Shown: piece by piece, positions 43,530 through 55,363 of the stretch
How the letters are laid out: the number at the start of each line of letters is the position of its first letter
Numbering within the stretch: the first letter of the stretch is position 1
Assembly (NCBI GenBank): GCA_001786575.1
Contig: MFRW01000003.1
Span: 8,469 to 72,468 of the forward strand
DNA length: 64,000 bases
Direction of reading: 5' to 3'
Source: Candidatus Moranbacteria bacterium RIFCSPHIGHO2_01_FULL_55_24
GTDB taxonomy: Bacteria; Patescibacteriota; Minisyncoccia; Moranbacterales; UBA1568
Translations under genes and position numbers: made by a program
The notes under the pieces: generated by a model
Seen by the model: only the letters and a program-made list of their open reading frames with translations
Database searches by the model: none
Told to the model about the DNA's origin: nothing

Positions 43530-45038
43530 ATGTATACAAAAGCGACACAATTGAAAGATATCTTCGAGGCCGCCGCCTATCCCCTTTCAAGCGATGATGA
43601 AAAATTCCTTACAGAAGTCTGCCAATTCTCCGAAGCGGCGCACGCCGACCAGAAACGCAAATCCGGTGAGCCTTATATCACCCACTCCTTGAACGTGGCC
43701 AAAATCCTCGCGGAAATCGGCATGGACGAGAAGACCATCGCCGCCGGCCTGCTCCATGACGTCCCGGAAGACACCGCCGTCACGCTCGAAGAAGTCGCAG
43801 AGAAATTCGGGGAGGAAGTCGCTTACTTGGTGGACGGCGTCACCAAGCTCGGCAAGATCAAGCTGCGCGGATCGAAGGAGGAATACTATCTGGAAAACCT
43901 GCGCAAGATGTTCATGGCGATGGCCCAGGATATCCGCGTCGTGATCATCAAGCTCGCCGACCGCCTGCACAACATGCGCACGTTGGAGCACCTGCCGCCG
44001 GAAAAGCAAGCGCGCATCGCCCGGGAAACCATGGAGATCTACGCCCCGATCGCCAACCGGCTCGGTATCGGGGAAATCAAGGGCGAGCTCGAGGATACCT
44101 GCTTCATGTATCTCGATCCCGAACACTACGAGGAAACCAAACGTCTCCAGGAAACCTACCTCCACGAAGGCCAAGCATACATGGAACGCATCGTCTCGCT
44201 CTTTTCCAAGACGCTCAAGGACGCCAAGATCCAGGTAATCGATATGCAAGGGCGCACCAAGGACCTCTACCGCCTCTACCAGAAGCTCAAGAACCACGAC
44301 ATGAACATCAACCGGGTCTACGACTTGGTCGCGATCCGCATCGTCGTCCCGGAAATCGCCGACTGCTACGAAGCCCTCGGCATCATCCACCGCGAGTACC
44401 GCCCCATGGTCGGCCGCATCAAAGACTACATCTCCCTTCCCAAGCCGAACGGCTACCAGTCCCTCCACACCACGATCTTCGGTCCCGAAGGCCGCATCAT
44501 CGAGGTCCAGATCCGTACCCAGAAGATGCACGACGAGGCCGAGTACGGCATCGCCGCCCACTGGATGTACACCGAACGCGAGCGTCCGGGCTGGCGCAGC
44601 TTCTTCCAGCGCCCGAAGGCCGCCGCACTCAAGGGTGCACGGCCGAAAGAACTCACCTGGGTCAGTCAGCTCAAGGAATGGCAGAAAGAGATCGGCCGCG
44701 ATGACAAGGAATTCATCGAGGGATTGAAAATCGAATTCTTCAAGAACCACATCTTCGCTTTCACGCCGAAAGGAGATATCATCGATCTTCCCGAAGAGGC
44801 TACCCCGATCGACTTCGCCTATGCTATCCACAGCGAGATCGGCCACCGGGCTATGGGAGCCAAAGCCGACGGCAAGATGGTGCCGCTCGATTATCACATC
44901 CAGAACGCCCAGGTGATCGAAATCCTCACTTCCAAAGAAAAAAAGAAGCCGAGCCGCGATTGGCTCAACTTCGTCAAGACTTCCAGCGCCAAGTCTCACA
45001 TCCGCCGCGAACTCCGCAACAGCGAATTCCAGAAATAA
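43530..45038 (+). CDS. rel: RelA/SpoT homolog (HD + synthetase + TGS, no ACT domain)
   Basis: RKSGEPYITH, HDVPED, RTKD, YQSLHT, EVQIRT, TGS domain. Confidence 0.95.
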   Translation: MYTKATQLKDIFEAAAYPLSSDDEKFLTEVCQFSEAAHADQKRKSGEPYITHSLNVAKILAEIGMDEKTIAAGLLHDVPEDTAVTLEEVAEKFGEEVAYLVDGVTKLGKIKLRGSKEEYYLENLRKMFMAMAQDIRVVIIKLADRLHNMRTLEHLPPEKQARIARETMEIYAPIANRLGIGEIKGELEDTCFMYLDPEHYEETKRLQETYLHEGQAYMERIVSLFSKTLKDAKIQVIDMQGRTKDLYRLYQKLKNHDMNINRVYDLVAIRIVVPEIADCYEALGIIHREYRPMVGRIKDYISLPKPNGYQSLHTTIFGPEGRIIEVQIRTQKMHDEAEYGIAAHWMYTERERPGWRSFFQRPKAAALKGARPKELTWVSQLKEWQKEIGRDDKEFIEGLKIEFFKNHIFAFTPKGDIIDLPEEATPIDFAYAIHSEIGHRAMGAKADGKMVPLDYHIQNAQVIEILTSKEKKKPSRDWLNFVKTSSAKSHIRRELRNSEFQK

Positions 45039-46787
45039 TTACTCCTTCGTCACGCGCATCACTTCTTCCAAGGAAGTCACTCCCTGGACGATTTTCAGAA
45101 AACCGTCTTCCACCATCGTGGACATGCCGTTCTCTTTCGCCTTATTCTCGATTTCTTCGCTCGTGGCTGATTGGGTGACCATCTTGCGTATATCGGTATC
45201 CATTTCCAGCACCTCATAGATGCCGTTCCGGCCCCGGTAGCCTTCTCCGCCGCATTGGTCGCAGCCAGCCGCTTTGTAGAAAGTGACTTCTTCCCAGGTC
45301 TTGGCGTCTTTCAGGTATTTCTTGCCTTCGCTATCATTCTGGAGGAATTTCATGATTTCCTCGATATCGTAGGATTTGGCCAGCGCCTCCACCTCTTTCT
45401 TCTCGAGATGGTACGGCTTCCGGCATTCCACACAGAGACGGCGTACGAGACGCTGCGCGACGATAGCATTCGTAGTAGAAGCGATGAGGAACGGCTCGGC
45501 ACCCATGTCGAGCATACGCGGGAGAGCGGCCGCGGCGCTGTTGGTATGGAGCGTCGAGAGCACCAAGTGGCCGGTCATGGCGGCATGGAGCGCGATCTCG
45601 AGCGTCTCTTGGTCGCGGATTTCTCCGACCATCAGGATATCCGGGTCCTGGCGCAGGAGCGCGCGAAGCGCCGCGGCGAACGTCATACCGATCTTCGTCG
45701 AGATCTGCGTCTGGTTGACGCGCGGCATGCGGTATTCCACCGGGTCTTCAACGGTAGAGATGTTCACTTCCGGAGTATTCAGGATATCCATGATCGTGTA
45801 GAGCGTCGTGGTCTTGCCGGACCCGGTCGGGCCGGTCACCAGGATCATACCGTTCGGCTTGTTGATCTCGCGCTGGACGATCTCCAAGGAGTGCGGGTGG
45901 AGCCCCATCTTTTCCAAGGTCAGCCCCTTCGACGATTCGTCGAGGAGGCGCATCACGATCTTCTCGCCGTCGAAGACAGGCAGGATGCTCACGCGGAAGG
46001 AAATCTTGTAATCGTCCTTCTCGATCTTGAAGCGTCCGTCCTGCGGCAAGCGATGTTCGTCGAGCTTCAGGTTCGAGAGCACCTTGATGCGCGCTACGAT
46101 GCCGAGCGCGGTATCCTTCGGAAGCGTCATAGCGTCATGCAGCACGCCGTCGATGCGGTAGCGTACGTGCACTTCTTTCTCCTCCGGCTCGATATGGATA
46201 TCGCTCGCGGACTCGAGGATCGCGTGCTTCAGGAGCGTATCGACGATACGGATAATCGGAAGGCCGGCGGCCATCGCTTCGAGGTTCTCTTCTTTCTTCT
46301 CACCGCCCTCGCCTTTCACCTCGCCGGTCAGGATATCGCCGAATTCCGCCTTGAGGCTCTTCTCGTACTGGTGGAGCGCCGCCTGGATAGACTCGCGGCT
46401 CGTAAGACACGGCACGATCTTGAGACCGGTTTTTTTCTTGATAAAGTCGATCGTCTGCAGGTCTTCCGGGTTGAGCATGGCCACCTTGAGATCGGAGCCG
46501 CTCTTCTGGAAAGAGACGATGTTATATTTCTTGGCGATGAGTTCCGGAACGATCTGAAGGATCTCGATAGGAATCGCCTCCTTGGAAAGGTCGACGAACG
46601 GGATGCCGAGGATATACGCGTACATCTTCTGAAGCTCCGGTTCCTTGACCAGATCCTTCTCCAAAAGCACGCTTCCGAGATCTTTTTCTTCTTTTTTCGC
46701 CTGGGACACAGCCTCGTCTATCTGTTCCTTCGGGAGGATGTTCGAATCCGCCAAGAACATGCGGAGCTGTTCTGTATCGATGCGCAT
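45039..46787 (-). CDS. pilB: Type IV pilus assembly ATPase (PilB/GspE family)
   Basis: ASDIHIEP, GPTGSGKT, LRQDPD, Zn-binding CxxC pairs. Confidence 0.93.
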   Translation of the reverse strand: MRIDTEQLRMFLADSNILPKEQIDEAVSQAKKEEKDLGSVLLEKDLVKEPELQKMYAYILGIPFVDLSKEAIPIEILQIVPELIAKKYNIVSFQKSGSDLKVAMLNPEDLQTIDFIKKKTGLKIVPCLTSRESIQAALHQYEKSLKAEFGDILTGEVKGEGGEKKEENLEAMAAGLPIIRIVDTLLKHAILESASDIHIEPEEKEVHVRYRIDGVLHDAMTLPKDTALGIVARIKVLSNLKLDEHRLPQDGRFKIEKDDYKISFRVSILPVFDGEKIVMRLLDESSKGLTLEKMGLHPHSLEIVQREINKPNGMILVTGPTGSGKTTTLYTIMDILNTPEVNISTVEDPVEYRMPRVNQTQISTKIGMTFAAALRALLRQDPDILMVGEIRDQETLEIALHAAMTGHLVLSTLHTNSAAAALPRMLDMGAEPFLIASTTNAIVAQRLVRRLCVECRKPYHLEKKEVEALAKSYDIEEIMKFLQNDSEGKKYLKDAKTWEEVTFYKAAGCDQCGGEGYRGRNGIYEVLEMDTDIRKMVTQSATSEEIENKAKENGMSTMVEDGFLKIVQGVTSLEEVMRVTKE

Positions 46788-46876
46788 AGCTGTTTTGTTT
46801 TCGTGTTTTTATTATACCACGAGGCGGCATCGCTTTCCGCAAGAAAAAACAGCGGTCGCCCGCTGTTTTCCTTGGT

Positions 46877-48553
<1,677 letters not shown>

Positions 48554-48556
48554 TTA

Positions 48557-48583
48557 TTAGCACTCATTATTATAGGTTGCTAG
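48557..48583. promoter_or_regulatory. CIRCE element (HrcA operator)
   Basis: TTAGCACTC-N9-GGTTGCTAG directly upstream of groL. Confidence 0.85.
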
Positions 48584-48603
48584 CCGTGTTCGTCAAGAGA
48601 GTT

Positions 48604-49653
48604 CTAGACCTTGAAGACGATCACATCGCCGTCCTGGACGATATAGTCCTTGCCTTCCAAACGGAGCGTTCCCTTGTCGCGGCCTGCGGCCCAAGAACCG
48701 GCTTCCACCAGTTTCTCCCAATGGATGACTTCCGCCCGGATGAATTTCTCCTCGAAGTCTCCGTGGATGGCCGCTCCCGCCTGTGGCGCCGTCGAGCCCT
48801 GTTCCACGGTCCAGGCGCGCGTCTCCTGCTCGCCGGTGGTGAAGTATGTCATGAGCCCCAGGAGCGCGTAGGCGCGCTTGATGAGGTCGCCCAGATGCGA
48901 GCGTATGCCGAGCTCTTCCGCTTCTTCCGGAGTCATTTCGATGAGCTCTTCCTCGATCTTGATGTCGAGCTTCACGTGCGGGCGGCTCTCGAGTTCCGGC
49001 GCGAGCGCGCGCTCGATATCGGAAACATTGTAGACATAGAGGAAGGGCTTCGCGGTGAGGAGCTGCAGGCTATGAGCTATCTTCTTCTCTTCTTCGGAAA
49101 AATGTTCCAGGAGCGTGTAGGCGAGCTGTTCGGCTTCGAGGGCGGTCTCGATCTTCTCGAGCACCGCCATCTCGGCCAGCGCTTCCTTGTTTCCCGAACG
49201 CGTCTCTTTGATGGTCTTCAGTTTGCGCTTGGCGACCGTCTCCATGTCCGCCAGGATCAGCTCGGTATTGATGATCTCGATGTCTTCCTTCGGCTCCACG
49301 CGGTTGTGGACATGGATGATGTCCGGGTTCTCGAACGCCCGCACCACTTCCACGATCGCATCCACTTCGCGGATATTCTGGAGGAATTTGTTGCCGAGGC
49401 CTTCTCCCTCGCTCGCCCCCTTCACGAGTCCGGCGATGTCTACGAATTCCACCACGGCCGGGATAATCTTCTTGCTCCCGGAAACAGCCGAGAGTTTCGC
49501 CAGGCGCTCGTCCGGCACCTCGACAATCCCGATATTCGGTTCGATGGTGCAGAACGGATAATTATTGATATCGACCGCCTTCCTGGTCAAGGCTTTGAAA
49601 AGCGTGGATTTCCCGACATTGGGAAGACCGACGATTCCGACTTTGAGGGACAT
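48604..49653 (-). CDS. ychF: Obg-like ATPase YchF
   Basis: GLPNVGKST, NYPFCTIEPN, DIAGLV, EGKDYIVQDGD. Confidence 0.97.
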   Translation of the reverse strand: MSLKVGIVGLPNVGKSTLFKALTRKAVDINNYPFCTIEPNIGIVEVPDERLAKLSAVSGSKKIIPAVVEFVDIAGLVKGASEGEGLGNKFLQNIREVDAIVEVVRAFENPDIIHVHNRVEPKEDIEIINTELILADMETVAKRKLKTIKETRSGNKEALAEMAVLEKIETALEAEQLAYTLLEHFSEEEKKIAHSLQLLTAKPFLYVYNVSDIERALAPELESRPHVKLDIKIEEELIEMTPEEAEELGIRSHLGDLIKRAYALLGLMTYFTTGEQETRAWTVEQGSTAPQAGAAIHGDFEEKFIRAEVIHWEKLVEAGSWAAGRDKGTLRLEGKDYIVQDGDVIVFKV

Positions 49654-49796
49654 ACGAGAGGAAAATTAGAGAGAAAAAACGCCTTGGAATTACTCCCTAT
49701 TCTCGCAAAAATAGCGCTCGGCGTCAATAAAAAAGAGGTCTTCAAGCTTGAAGACCTCTTAGAGGATCACTGTTGTGATTTTCAGATAGCCGGCGG

Positions 49797-50285
49797 TTAT
49801 GCCGGGAGCGCTTCACGCTCGCCCTGGAAAAAGTTTCTGACGCTATCGAGACACAGCGCGATGCCCGAAACCGTATCCAGGAGATCGTCCTGCTGCTTCG
49901 CGCACAGCCAGCGGTAATTCTCCCAGAGGAGCGGTTGGCCGGTATTGTCTTCTTGGAAGTCCGCGAGCCTCTGCGTGCTGTGGACCAAGAGATCGCCAAC
50001 CAGCATTTCACAAGGTTCGTCACCGAACACATGAGGGAAGCGGCCGAGCTCTCGCCATTCCCGCTTGAAGGCCTGGCTAGTGAAATTTTCCTGCCGCCGA
50101 AGCCCGGCCATGACCGATTCGCCAGGAAGAAGATCAAAAGAGATAAAGCCGTATCTACCAGTCTCCTTATCCCTCCGGATGAGGAATTCCCGGTTCCTCG
50201 GATCGAACCTGCAGATCTTGTCGATGAACGACGGGTTCTGCCGCGGAGCCCCGTACCAGAGAAGCAAAAGCGCCTTACGTTTCAT
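49797..50285 (-). CDS. Orphan hypothetical protein
   Basis: ORF with purine-rich SD-like run and upstream TTGACA. Confidence 0.5.
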   Translation of the reverse strand: MKRKALLLLWYGAPRQNPSFIDKICRFDPRNREFLIRRDKETGRYGFISFDLLPGESVMAGLRRQENFTSQAFKREWRELGRFPHVFGDEPCEMLVGDLLVHSTQRLADFQEDNTGQPLLWENYRWLCAKQQDDLLDTVSGIALCLDSVRNFFQGEREALPA

Positions 50286-50418
50286 TGTCCTACCCTTTCC
50301 TGCCTGCAAAGAACTGCGGATTTCCCTATCTTTCCCGAGAAACCGGAAAATGTCAAGAAAGGCCCCGTTCAAGCGCTTTATGCTATAATATCCTGGCGAT
50401 AACCTTTCTCATACCACT

Positions 50419-51759
50419 ATGAATCCGGCGATTTTCAAGGCCTACGATATCCGCGGCATCTACCCGGAGGAATTCAATGCCGATGATGCCTATCGGATCG
50501 GGCGCGCCCTGGTCATGCATCTGCGGCCGAAAACGCTCGGAGTCGGCCGGGATGTGCGCGAGTCCAGCCCGGAGCTCTTCGAGAGTTTCACTCGAGGAGT
50601 CATGGAACAGGGCTGCGATGTCATCGACCTCGGCATCATCACCACCCCGATGGTCTACTTCGCCGCCGGCCGCCTCGATATCGACGCCGCCGTCTCTATC
50701 ACTGCGTCCCACAATCCTCCCCAATACAACGGGATGAAGATCGCCCTTCGCGGCGCGATTCCGGTCGGCGAGAATTCAGGGCTGCGCGATATCCGCGACC
50801 TGGCCATGGCCGGAACCTTCGAAGAAGGCAGCTCTGCCGGCAGCATAGAAGCCGAGGATATCCGCCCCGCTTACTACGGCTACTTCAGCGCCTTCGCCGA
50901 TCTGGGCGACAAGAAATTCACTCTCGCGATCGACACGGCAAACGCTATGGGCGTACTCGAGCTCCCGATCTACGAACAGCTCGCGGAAAACATTTCTCTC
51001 ATCCGCCTCTATGACGATCTCTCGCAGCCGTTCTCCTGCCATGAGGCCAACCCGCTGAAAGCCGAGACTCTGGAAGAACTCCAGGCGAAGATCCGCGAAG
51101 CCGGAGCCGACCTCGGGATCGCCTACGACGGCGATGCTGACCGCATCGGGTTCGTGGACGAGGCCGGAACGATCATCCCTATGGATCTCATCACCGCGCT
51201 TATTGCGAAGATCATCCTCGAGAAGAAGCCCGGGAGTACCATCCTCTACGATCTGCGCTCTTCCCGTTCGGTCAAGGAAATCATCGAAGAGAACGGAGGG
51301 GTCGCCATCGAATGCAAAGTAGGCCACGCCAATATCAAGAAGCAGATGCGCGAAACCGGCGCTATCTTCGCCGGCGAACTTTCCGGCCACTACTACTTCG
51401 AGGAGAACTCTTTCGCCGAAGCCGGCACGCTTCCGGCGCTCCTCCTCCTCAATCTCATGGCGGAGACCGGCGAGAAGATCTCCGAGCTCGTCCGCGAGAC
51501 GAAGCGCTACTTCCACTCCGGCGAAATCAACAGCGAAGTCGCGGATAAGGAGCGCGTCCTCCAGGATTTGAAAATGCGCTACGCAGACGGCAAGATGCAC
51601 GAGCTCGACGGCCTCAAAGTCGAATATCCCACCTGGTGGTTCAATGTCCGCGCCTCGAATACCGAGCCCCTGCTCCGGCTGAACCTCGAAGCCGAAACTC
51701 CCGAACTCCTCGCCGAAAAGCAGGCCGAGCTCCTGGACATCATCCGGAGACAAGCTTGA
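50419..51759 (+). CDS. Phosphomannomutase/phosphoglucomutase
   Basis: FKAYDIRG, TASHNP, DGDADR, GELSGH, RASNTEP. Confidence 0.96.
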   Translation: MNPAIFKAYDIRGIYPEEFNADDAYRIGRALVMHLRPKTLGVGRDVRESSPELFESFTRGVMEQGCDVIDLGIITTPMVYFAAGRLDIDAAVSITASHNPPQYNGMKIALRGAIPVGENSGLRDIRDLAMAGTFEEGSSAGSIEAEDIRPAYYGYFSAFADLGDKKFTLAIDTANAMGVLELPIYEQLAENISLIRLYDDLSQPFSCHEANPLKAETLEELQAKIREAGADLGIAYDGDADRIGFVDEAGTIIPMDLITALIAKIILEKKPGSTILYDLRSSRSVKEIIEENGGVAIECKVGHANIKKQMRETGAIFAGELSGHYYFEENSFAEAGTLPALLLLNLMAETGEKISELVRETKRYFHSGEINSEVADKERVLQDLKMRYADGKMHELDGLKVEYPTWWFNVRASNTEPLLRLNLEAETPELLAEKQAELLDIIRRQA

Positions 51760-51903
51760 CCGCTTTCCCGCACAGGAGGTATACTGGTCCCAATGGACCA
51801 GAAAACGCCCCAAGTGAATATTTCTTCTCAAGCGTCATAAACCGCCCCGATTGGGCGGTTTTTTTCTGGCCGAAATCGGTTCTTTCAAACAAAGGGGTCT
51901 TCT

Positions 51904-52170
51904 ATGCACCAGACGACGCTCCTCGCCATCGACTGGCATGATGAAATCCGGAAGCTCCGTGCTGACGGACATACGGTCTGCCCGCTCATGGCGCATGTCC
52001 CCGGCAGCTCCAGACCGCCGACCTGCCGCTGCGATATCGAAACGCTGCGACGCGTCTTCCTGGAGGAAAACACGCATTGCACGGAAGGCGATTGCTGCCT
52101 GCCGCGCATAAACTCCCCCAGGGAAGCCTGCAACGAAGCGGCCACCTATCATCGCAGACATCCTTACTGA
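51904..52170 (+). CDS. Small Cys-rich orphan protein
   Basis: 7 Cys in 88 aa; AAGGGG SD; downstream hairpin with T-tract. Confidence 0.45.
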   Translation: MHQTTLLAIDWHDEIRKLRADGHTVCPLMAHVPGSSRPPTCRCDIETLRRVFLEENTHCTEGDCCLPRINSPREACNEAATYHRRHPY

Positions 52171-52231
52171 CAAAACGCCTCCCCGGGAACATCCGGCGAG
52201 GCGCTTTTTTTCGATTCCAAATTCTAGAGGG

Positions 52232-52567
52232 TTACCACCCGAGGTATCCGCCATCCAGGTTTTCTGCGGCGATACTGTGCTCCTTCAGCTTCTCTTGAGC
52301 AAGACTGGAACGGCCGCCGGAGCGGCAGCTGACAACGAGTGTCACCTGATCCAGCGTTTTTCCGCATTGCCCGGCACACTCTTCCAGGCGGGCCTTGAGC
52401 TCGTCTTTCGGCAGCGAGCACACGAAGCCCACTGGCAGATTGACATAATTCTTCGGACGCGATGGAAGAAGCGGCTGGTCTGCGACCTCATCCGTCTCCC
52501 TCACATCGATGATCAGGAGACTGGATGGATTCTTCTCAAGCATCTCTTTCAATTCTTTGCTTTGCAT
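52232..52567 (-). CDS. Rhodanese-like sulfurtransferase
   Basis: IDVRE, CRSGGRS active loop, NLDGG..GW. Confidence 0.9.
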   Translation of the reverse strand: MQSKELKEMLEKNPSSLLIIDVRETDEVADQPLLPSRPKNYVNLPVGFVCSLPKDELKARLEECAGQCGKTLDQVTLVVSCRSGGRSSLAQEKLKEHSIAAENLDGGYLGW

Positions 52568-52593
52568 AGTTTTTTTGATTCTTTAACGGTTGA

Positions 52594-53289
52594 TTATTTT
52601 GTGTTCTCTTCCAGAGAAACCTCGAAGAGTTCCGGCGTCGGCGGCTTGTGCTGATCCAGAAGCGCGATGAAATCTTCCTTTCTTCTTTCTACTGCCAGCC
52701 TGAAGCGTTCATTATTCTTTTTCTCGGCATCGATGGTCGAAGAGACAATTCCCTGGTAATTGTGAGCCGGGTAGATCACTGTTTCCACAGGCAGCGCCGC
52801 AACGCGGCGCAGGCTCTCGTAAAGCCGCTCGCTCTCCCCTAACTGGAAGTCGGTCCTTCCGGTACCGCCGATCAAGAGCATATCCCCAGTAAAGAGCGCG
52901 TCTCCGACCTTATAGGAGAGACTCTCATTCGTGTGTCCGGGAGTATGCCATACTTCTATTTCTGTCCGGCCGATCGAAAGCGTATCGCCATCTTTGAGCG
53001 GGAGATCTTTGCTCGGTGACGGAGAAAGTGCGCTCATAGCTATCCGAGCGTCTGTCTTTTCGCGGAGCATCCGGCTAAGCGATACATGGTCGGCATGAGT
53101 ATGCGTTTCCAAGAGATATCGGAGCGTGATTCGGGGATGAGCTTCGAAATAAGCGTCGTATTCCTGTTCCATCTCCTGGCTCGGGTCGATGAGCACGGCT
53201 TCTTGTGTCGCTGTATCGACAATGAGATACGAGAGACAGCCTCTCTCGGAATGGAATGGGTGGACTTGAAACATCTTTTCCATAGGCAT
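52594..53289 (-). CDS. ETHE1-like persulfide dioxygenase (MBL fold)
   Basis: ETHTHADH, TPGHT, FTGD.LLIGGTGRTDFQ, YPAHNY. Confidence 0.88.
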   Translation of the reverse strand: MPMEKMFQVHPFHSERGCLSYLIVDTATQEAVLIDPSQEMEQEYDAYFEAHPRITLRYLLETHTHADHVSLSRMLREKTDARIAMSALSPSPSKDLPLKDGDTLSIGRTEIEVWHTPGHTNESLSYKVGDALFTGDMLLIGGTGRTDFQLGESERLYESLRRVAALPVETVIYPAHNYQGIVSSTIDAEKKNNERFRLAVERRKEDFIALLDQHKPPTPELFEVSLEENTK

Positions 53290-53293
53290 TCCG

Positions 53294-53560
53294 TTAGCTT
53301 ATCTTGGTATAGAGCCGGAACATCTCATCGACGACCTTCTTGTCTCCCTTGAGCTCGCGCCCCAGGCAGTCTGCCATACGGTTCGTCACGATCGTCCGCC
53401 TGGCCGACCGTAGGAGGCCGATAACGGAATCGATCTGCTGTACCGTCGCCAGGCAATCGCTCCCCTTCTCTTCTGCCATCATGAGCACGGTCTCAAGCGT
53501 GCCGCGAGCCTTCTTGAGCGAACGAACTGCGGCTTCAGTCTTGTTTATTGTCATAGTCAT
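53294..53560 (-). CDS. CsoR/RcnR-family repressor (CstR-like)
   Basis: LKKARG.L..V..M.E...C...QQI; two Cys. Confidence 0.85.
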   Translation of the reverse strand: MTMTINKTEAAVRSLKKARGTLETVLMMAEEKGSDCLATVQQIDSVIGLLRSARRTIVTNRMADCLGRELKGDKKVVDEMFRLYTKIS

Positions 53561-53578
53561 GGTATTGCTTTATTTCAT

Positions 53579-53597
53579 TAACCTATATCATAGGTTA
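53579..53597. promoter_or_regulatory. Candidate operator palindrome
   Basis: TAACCTAT-ATC-ATAGGTTA upstream of the repressor. Confidence 0.65.
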
Positions 53598-53699
53598 TAG
53601 GTATTAAGAAAATCTGTCAAGAACTGCTCCCGGAAAGCGAAAGCCCAGACCTTTCGGGCCTGGGCGCTCTCCTGAAGAAATCTTATTCCTCTTCTTACT

Positions 53700-54689
53700 C
53701 TATTCCGCCGGAAGAAATCCGACCCTTTCCCTTACCTGCGTCATCTTGGCGCTGGCAAGCGCGCGCGCCTTCTCAACACCCTTACGGAGAATCTCCTCCA
53801 CCGCTTCATCAGAAATGCCCGCAAGCTTTTCTTGAAACGGGGTAAGGAATCCTACAACGACTTCCGAAAGCCCTTCTTTGAAGTCACCATAACCCTTACC
53901 CTGGTACATTTCCTCCACTTCCTGCGCCGTCTTGCCGGAGAGAAGCGTGTAGATGTTGATGAGATTTTTGAGCGCCGGCTTATCATCGCTGTAGACGATT
54001 TCCGATCCGCTGTCCGTCACCGCTTTCTTGATTTTCTTCCGTATCGTGTCCGCATCGTCCGTAAGAGAAATATAATTATATTCCGATGCGGCTGATTTCG
54101 ACATCTTCTTGCTCGGATCGTCGAGGCCCATGATCACCTGCCCTTCTTTGGACAGTTTGCCTTCCGGAATCACGAATGTTTCTCCGAAGCGGTCATTGAA
54201 GCGCTTCGCGAGCGTGCGCGTAAGCTCGATGTGCTGCATCTGGTCCTTCCCGACCGGCACCACCGCCGTGTCATAGAGAAGAATATCGGCAGCCATGAGA
54301 ACCGGGTAAGTGAAAAGTCCGGCCCCGGATTCAGACGCTCCGCCCTTCTGCGATTTGTCCTTATACTGCGTCATCCGTTCCAATTCCGCCATCCGCACAA
54401 GCGTTCCGAGAATCCATGCGAGTTCCGTGTGCTCTTTGACATGCGACTGGACGAAGAGTGTGCACTTCTCCGGGTCGATCCCAGCAGCCAGGTAAATCTT
54501 CGCGATTTCGAGGGTCTTCTGCCGAAGCGTTTCCGGGTCCTGGGGCGCGGTGATGGCATGGAGATCCGCCACGGAAAAAATCGCTTCGTACTGGTCCTGA
54601 AGCTCTCCCCACTGCCTGATGGCCCCGAGATAGTTCCCGATATGCAGGTTCCCCGACGGCTGGACTCCCGAAAAGATCCTCTGTTTCAT
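53700..54689 (-). CDS. trpS: Tryptophan--tRNA ligase
   Basis: HIGN, YPVLMAADIL, VPVGKDQ, KMSKS. Confidence 0.98.
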   Translation of the reverse strand: MKQRIFSGVQPSGNLHIGNYLGAIRQWGELQDQYEAIFSVADLHAITAPQDPETLRQKTLEIAKIYLAAGIDPEKCTLFVQSHVKEHTELAWILGTLVRMAELERMTQYKDKSQKGGASESGAGLFTYPVLMAADILLYDTAVVPVGKDQMQHIELTRTLAKRFNDRFGETFVIPEGKLSKEGQVIMGLDDPSKKMSKSAASEYNYISLTDDADTIRKKIKKAVTDSGSEIVYSDDKPALKNLINIYTLLSGKTAQEVEEMYQGKGYGDFKEGLSEVVVGFLTPFQEKLAGISDEAVEEILRKGVEKARALASAKMTQVRERVGFLPAE

Positions 54690-54748
54690 AACCTAGTAAA
54701 AAATCAACAACAAACAATAATACTACCCTATTCTATCACACCGCCGCT

Positions 54749-54778
54749 ATACCCTATAAATGCGACCGCATTTATATG
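54749..54778. repeat. 30-bp palindromic element, downstream flank of PaaX/Cas2-like gene
   Basis: ATACCC-TATAAATGCG-AC-CGCATTTATA-TG, abutting the stop codon. Confidence 0.85.
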
Positions 54779-55333
54779 TTATTTTCCGAGAGAGAATATT
54801 TGCTTTAAATGCGCTTCATTATCGATATGACTCGCCTCCATAAAACGCACATATTTGCGAGCCCCATAAAACTCAACTAAGAAATCAAGCTCATTCCGAC
54901 AATCATACGGGTAGACGAAAACGCTATCCTGTAGCCGGTAGAATTCTAGGCGCTTGAGCCAGGAACGGAAGGCGTTACGAAGCTTTTTTCTTTTTTCCGG
55001 AATATCGAATATCACTATTCTCCATTTCTTATCCCACTTGGCTGACTTCTGTATCTCGAGAGTCTCGAGATCATAAAGAAGAGTCTTTTCTCGTCCTTTC
55101 TCTGTCAGTACCATTTTCCATACACCGTTCTTCTGAAGTCGCATATCTACCAGCCGCGACTCATAAAGGCTTTGGATGGAACGTTCGAGTTTCGACTTGG
55201 AAATATTCTTCCATTCTTTCCCCATGAGACCCGCTATGCGAAAATACTGTTTCGGCGACTGGGTGAATCCCAAAGCCACCCCTCCTAGGAGGACAAGTAG
55301 TATCTTTTTCTGTATCGGTCCCAATCCTTTCAT
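54779..55333 (-). CDS. PaaX-like wHTH fused to Cas2/VapD-like ferredoxin-fold domain
   Basis: LTEKG wHTH end; WDKKWRIVIFDIPE..R..R..L..L.F..LQDSVF. Confidence 0.85.
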   Translation of the reverse strand: MKGLGPIQKKILLVLLGGVALGFTQSPKQYFRIAGLMGKEWKNISKSKLERSIQSLYESRLVDMRLQKNGVWKMVLTEKGREKTLLYDLETLEIQKSAKWDKKWRIVIFDIPEKRKKLRNAFRSWLKRLEFYRLQDSVFVYPYDCRNELDFLVEFYGARKYVRFMEASHIDNEAHLKQIFSLGK

Positions 55334-55363
55334 AGAAAGTTCTAGTCATCCTTTAAAATATAC

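Noticed and set aside
51800-51870. Fluoride riboswitch-like AAACCGCC..ATGAC on the minus strand
   Set aside because: The required 5' GGnGATGG segment is missing and there is no relevant downstream gene
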